Below the pieces are notes generated by a model. The model made no database searches, was not told the origin of the DNA, and saw only the letters and a program-made list of their open reading frames with translations. Shown here one piece after another: positions 61,111 to 64,000 of a stretch of DNA of 64,000 bases. This DNA comes from Sphyrna mokarran (lineage: Eukaryota). Within the stretch, counting starts at the first letter, position 1. Every line of letters starts with the position of its first letter. The position numbers were made by a program, and so were the translations under genes. Where the stretch lies: contig JAGIQG010000020.1 of the NCBI GenBank assembly GCA_024679065.1, positions 18,848,001 to 18,912,000 of the forward strand, given 5' to 3'.

Positions 61111-64000
61111 CTTTTCAGAGCCTCCATCTCTGCTTAGTTATTTAATTCTCCATCATGAATCATGACTGGATGTGACAGAGTTGCAGAACTTTGAATGGGT
61201 ACTTTGGTTGAGGAAAAGATTAGCTTATTTATGGCATGTTACTTCTGCTGTTTGAGATACATATAGTCTTCTGTTGTATCTTCATCAGATTGGCATGTCA
61301 TCTTTACTCGGTATTCCTCCTGGGAAACTCTACTGCAGTCTTCTTTTACAGGGTCAGCTATTTTATGACAAATTTACACATACTCACTTTGAAAAGTATA
61401 AAGGTCAGATATGTTATCAATTAATCAGACATTCCACACATTAATGAGATATGATATGGAATTCAAACTGGGAACAGATATATATGTCCACTTAAAATAG
61501 TATGACCATTGCTGCAGCAAAATTTTACAGTGCTGTCAAAGTCAATGAACTTTTGAACAACTTGCCACATTTTCCAGCCCTGCCACCAGTATGTCGGGGT
61601 GTTAAATTCCACTCAAAATGTTTAAATCTCATGTTGCGTTAACAGATTTCATGTAAGACATTCTGGCATAATATTATGAAATCATATTCATAATGGGATC
61701 TCAGCACAATAGATTGCGGCATGCTCATCACAGAAAATATGCAAGCTTACAATGATACTGCCTGTGGTACAACACAGTACAATATACCATGTTGATTTTG
61801 TTGGTTCCTTCAGTGTGCCATTTCTAAAGGCTCTGAAACACTCTTGGGCAAAAAACGTTGGTAAAGTTGTCCTAAAGCGTAGGATAACAAGGATATAGAA
61901 AGAGCCACTATTAACATTCTTGAAGCAATTCAGACATGAAGGATTTTATTACCAGAAATGATTTATATTATAAGAGCACACGCTATTCTGTGAATCATCA
62001 TGATTGAGGTAAACTTCAGAGCCCAGAACTAGACAAGATAAAAAGCTGAATATGGGTAACAACATGCCCCTTCTACATCACAAAAGCAACTCCCATCAAA
62101 TCTTTAGATGGCTTATGATTTCGTTGCACGAAAGATCTGAATTTCAAATGACCTAATATCGAAACCATTGCGAGTTTACTGATTTTAAAAAAGTGTGATT
62201 AGAAAGGATTGGATGCTTAACTTTCATAAAATTCCATGAGAACTCTAAGGTGTCAGTACATCTGGAACAATATAGTTGTAAGCAATTTGTCATGTTTTTG
62301 CTTGTGATTTGGAAGAACTCCAATAATCCATGTCTGAATGTTTTGCTGCTGTGCCTGAAATCAGACCACAAAAGGCTGCATAAGATGGCTGACTAAGGAT
62401 CAGCTGACATGTCTGTCTCAAGAGAGAACAAAAGGAACATTCCCACTTGAATCAATAAGGGGTGGTTTCCACCCCCATTTCCATCTGATGAGAATGAACG
62501 GCGGGGGCAAAGAATCGAGGGGGAATCTGAAAACATCTTTCACGCAGGCAAGGTTTCTCCGCTCTGTCCTCTGCCAATAACATAAAGGGATTCCTGCCAT
62601 GAAAGGTTGGGAATTCCATTACCATATATTATCATGAATTTAGCAAGTCCCCCACTCCCCCCCCGCCGCCCCCCACCCCCTCCCGCCCTCCCACTCCCCC
62701 CACACTGTATTGTCTCCCATGTAGAGATTCCCCAGCCCTTAATCCGCCAACGTGTCAGACCGTGGGAAGAGAGGGTCATTCCAGGGCAATACTCTGGCAG
62801 TGCCCAGCACTACCTCTTCCTTGTTCGTGGGGCGGTCTCCTGTGTCCCCTCATGGAAGGGTATTCCTCATGTGTAAGGGAGGGGTAGTTCCCTATGTGCC
62901 TGGGAGCAGAGGATTGGAAGGTTTCTATGTTCTGGGGTGGAGTGGGTCCTTATTTTTAATTTTGATCTCTTGAAGGCTGAGTTTGCTGTTGGAGCAGGAT
63001 CATTCAAATCTGCCTGGCTCCTCCAACATGATGTCTGGGACCCACCTCCAGCTTTTTTAGCCAAGTGTTGAAACATAAAACAGGGAATGCCAGCAGTGGA
63101 ACAGGCAGGCAGCATAATGCTTTTCCCAGTTGAACAGACATTTGGTTAAAAAAATGAGAACATTCCACCCAATGCCTTTTCTTGAAACAAATTCAACAGT
63201 CAACATTCAATTATATGAGCTTTTTGAACAGAAAGGGGGAATTTTCCTGTCCTGCCCACCATGGGAATCTAGTGAATGCTGGGGGCGGTGGTAGGGGGTG
63301 GGTGCGGTGGGTGGTGGCAGGGGGGTTTTGCAGACCATGCACAGAACTGGTGAACACAGATGGGATTTTCTAGTTTTGGGGCAAGTGTGTGTCCAAAGAC
63401 TGTTTCAAACTGTCAAAGAGCAAAATGACAACATTGCATGTGTAATCAATACACTGCCCTTTATATGGGCAAAGAACTTGTGAAAGTTACATGATGAGGG
63501 AACTATTTTGATTGCTTTAAATTAGTAATAGCTGCTTCCAGAGAGAAAACTGCACTGAAAGCCATTGAACCAATTGCAAGTCATATTATCAATTGCAACC
63601 TATTATCCTTACTTTTATGTATACTTAATCTTCATGTGAAGCCATTGAGTGAGATGTCATACTATAAATTCTGGGGTGATAATAAAAAAAAACTTCCTCC
63701 ATTTTTCAACTCACAAAACACTTGCTGCTGGAAATGACTTAATTGGGATTCTCATTCTGAGAGCAAGAAAATATATTCCTCCCATGCAACATAATGATTG
63801 TGAGCAGTAAAAGGAAACACATAAATTCTATCAGCGACAGTAATTTTGCTCCCACCCCAAAGTTTTCTACTGGTAAGAAAATCATCCCTCTGGTCAAATC
63901 ATATTTGTGGCTGTTTGATTTCATGCCAAGACAAGCTTTTGATCATTCCCTGTCTATGCAAATGAATTGATGTCATCACTTTAAGTTTTCACAATTAAAT

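Noticed and set aside
61600-62400. Possible decayed transposase or integrase (HVDFVG-like and ACGT-like peptides)
   Set aside because: Only isolated short motifs with no sustained frame; cannot be supported by eye.

Overview
Vertebrate genomic DNA, almost certainly from a cartilaginous fish (shark), judged from HE1/V-SINE-like, SacSINE1/Deu-like, CR1, Rex-Babar and Penelope-like repeats. It holds one protein-coding gene: a complete 7-exon TBX3 on the + strand (CDS 31295-39231, 2166 nt, 721 aa, all GT-AG introns, frame-consistent, no mammalian exon 2a seen). The gene lies in a CpG-retaining, transposon-poor domain (~5-43.6 kb) with many enhancer-like blocks. That domain ends just past two minus-strand CTCF-like motifs and gives way to CpG-depleted, repeat-dense DNA. 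Most unusual: (1) two ~190-200 bp fold-back elements built from Penelope termini, each with a hammerhead-ribozyme-like core and a 14-bp target-site duplication; (2) one SINE body with two different 3' tails resembling two LINE clades present in the window; (3) a duplicated in-frame splice acceptor before TBX3 exon 6; (4) uORFs plus weak first ATGs, and three clustered Pumilio elements in the 3'UTR. Nearly all other ORFs in the track are spurious. Repeat family names and conservation claims come from recognition by eye and need database checks.
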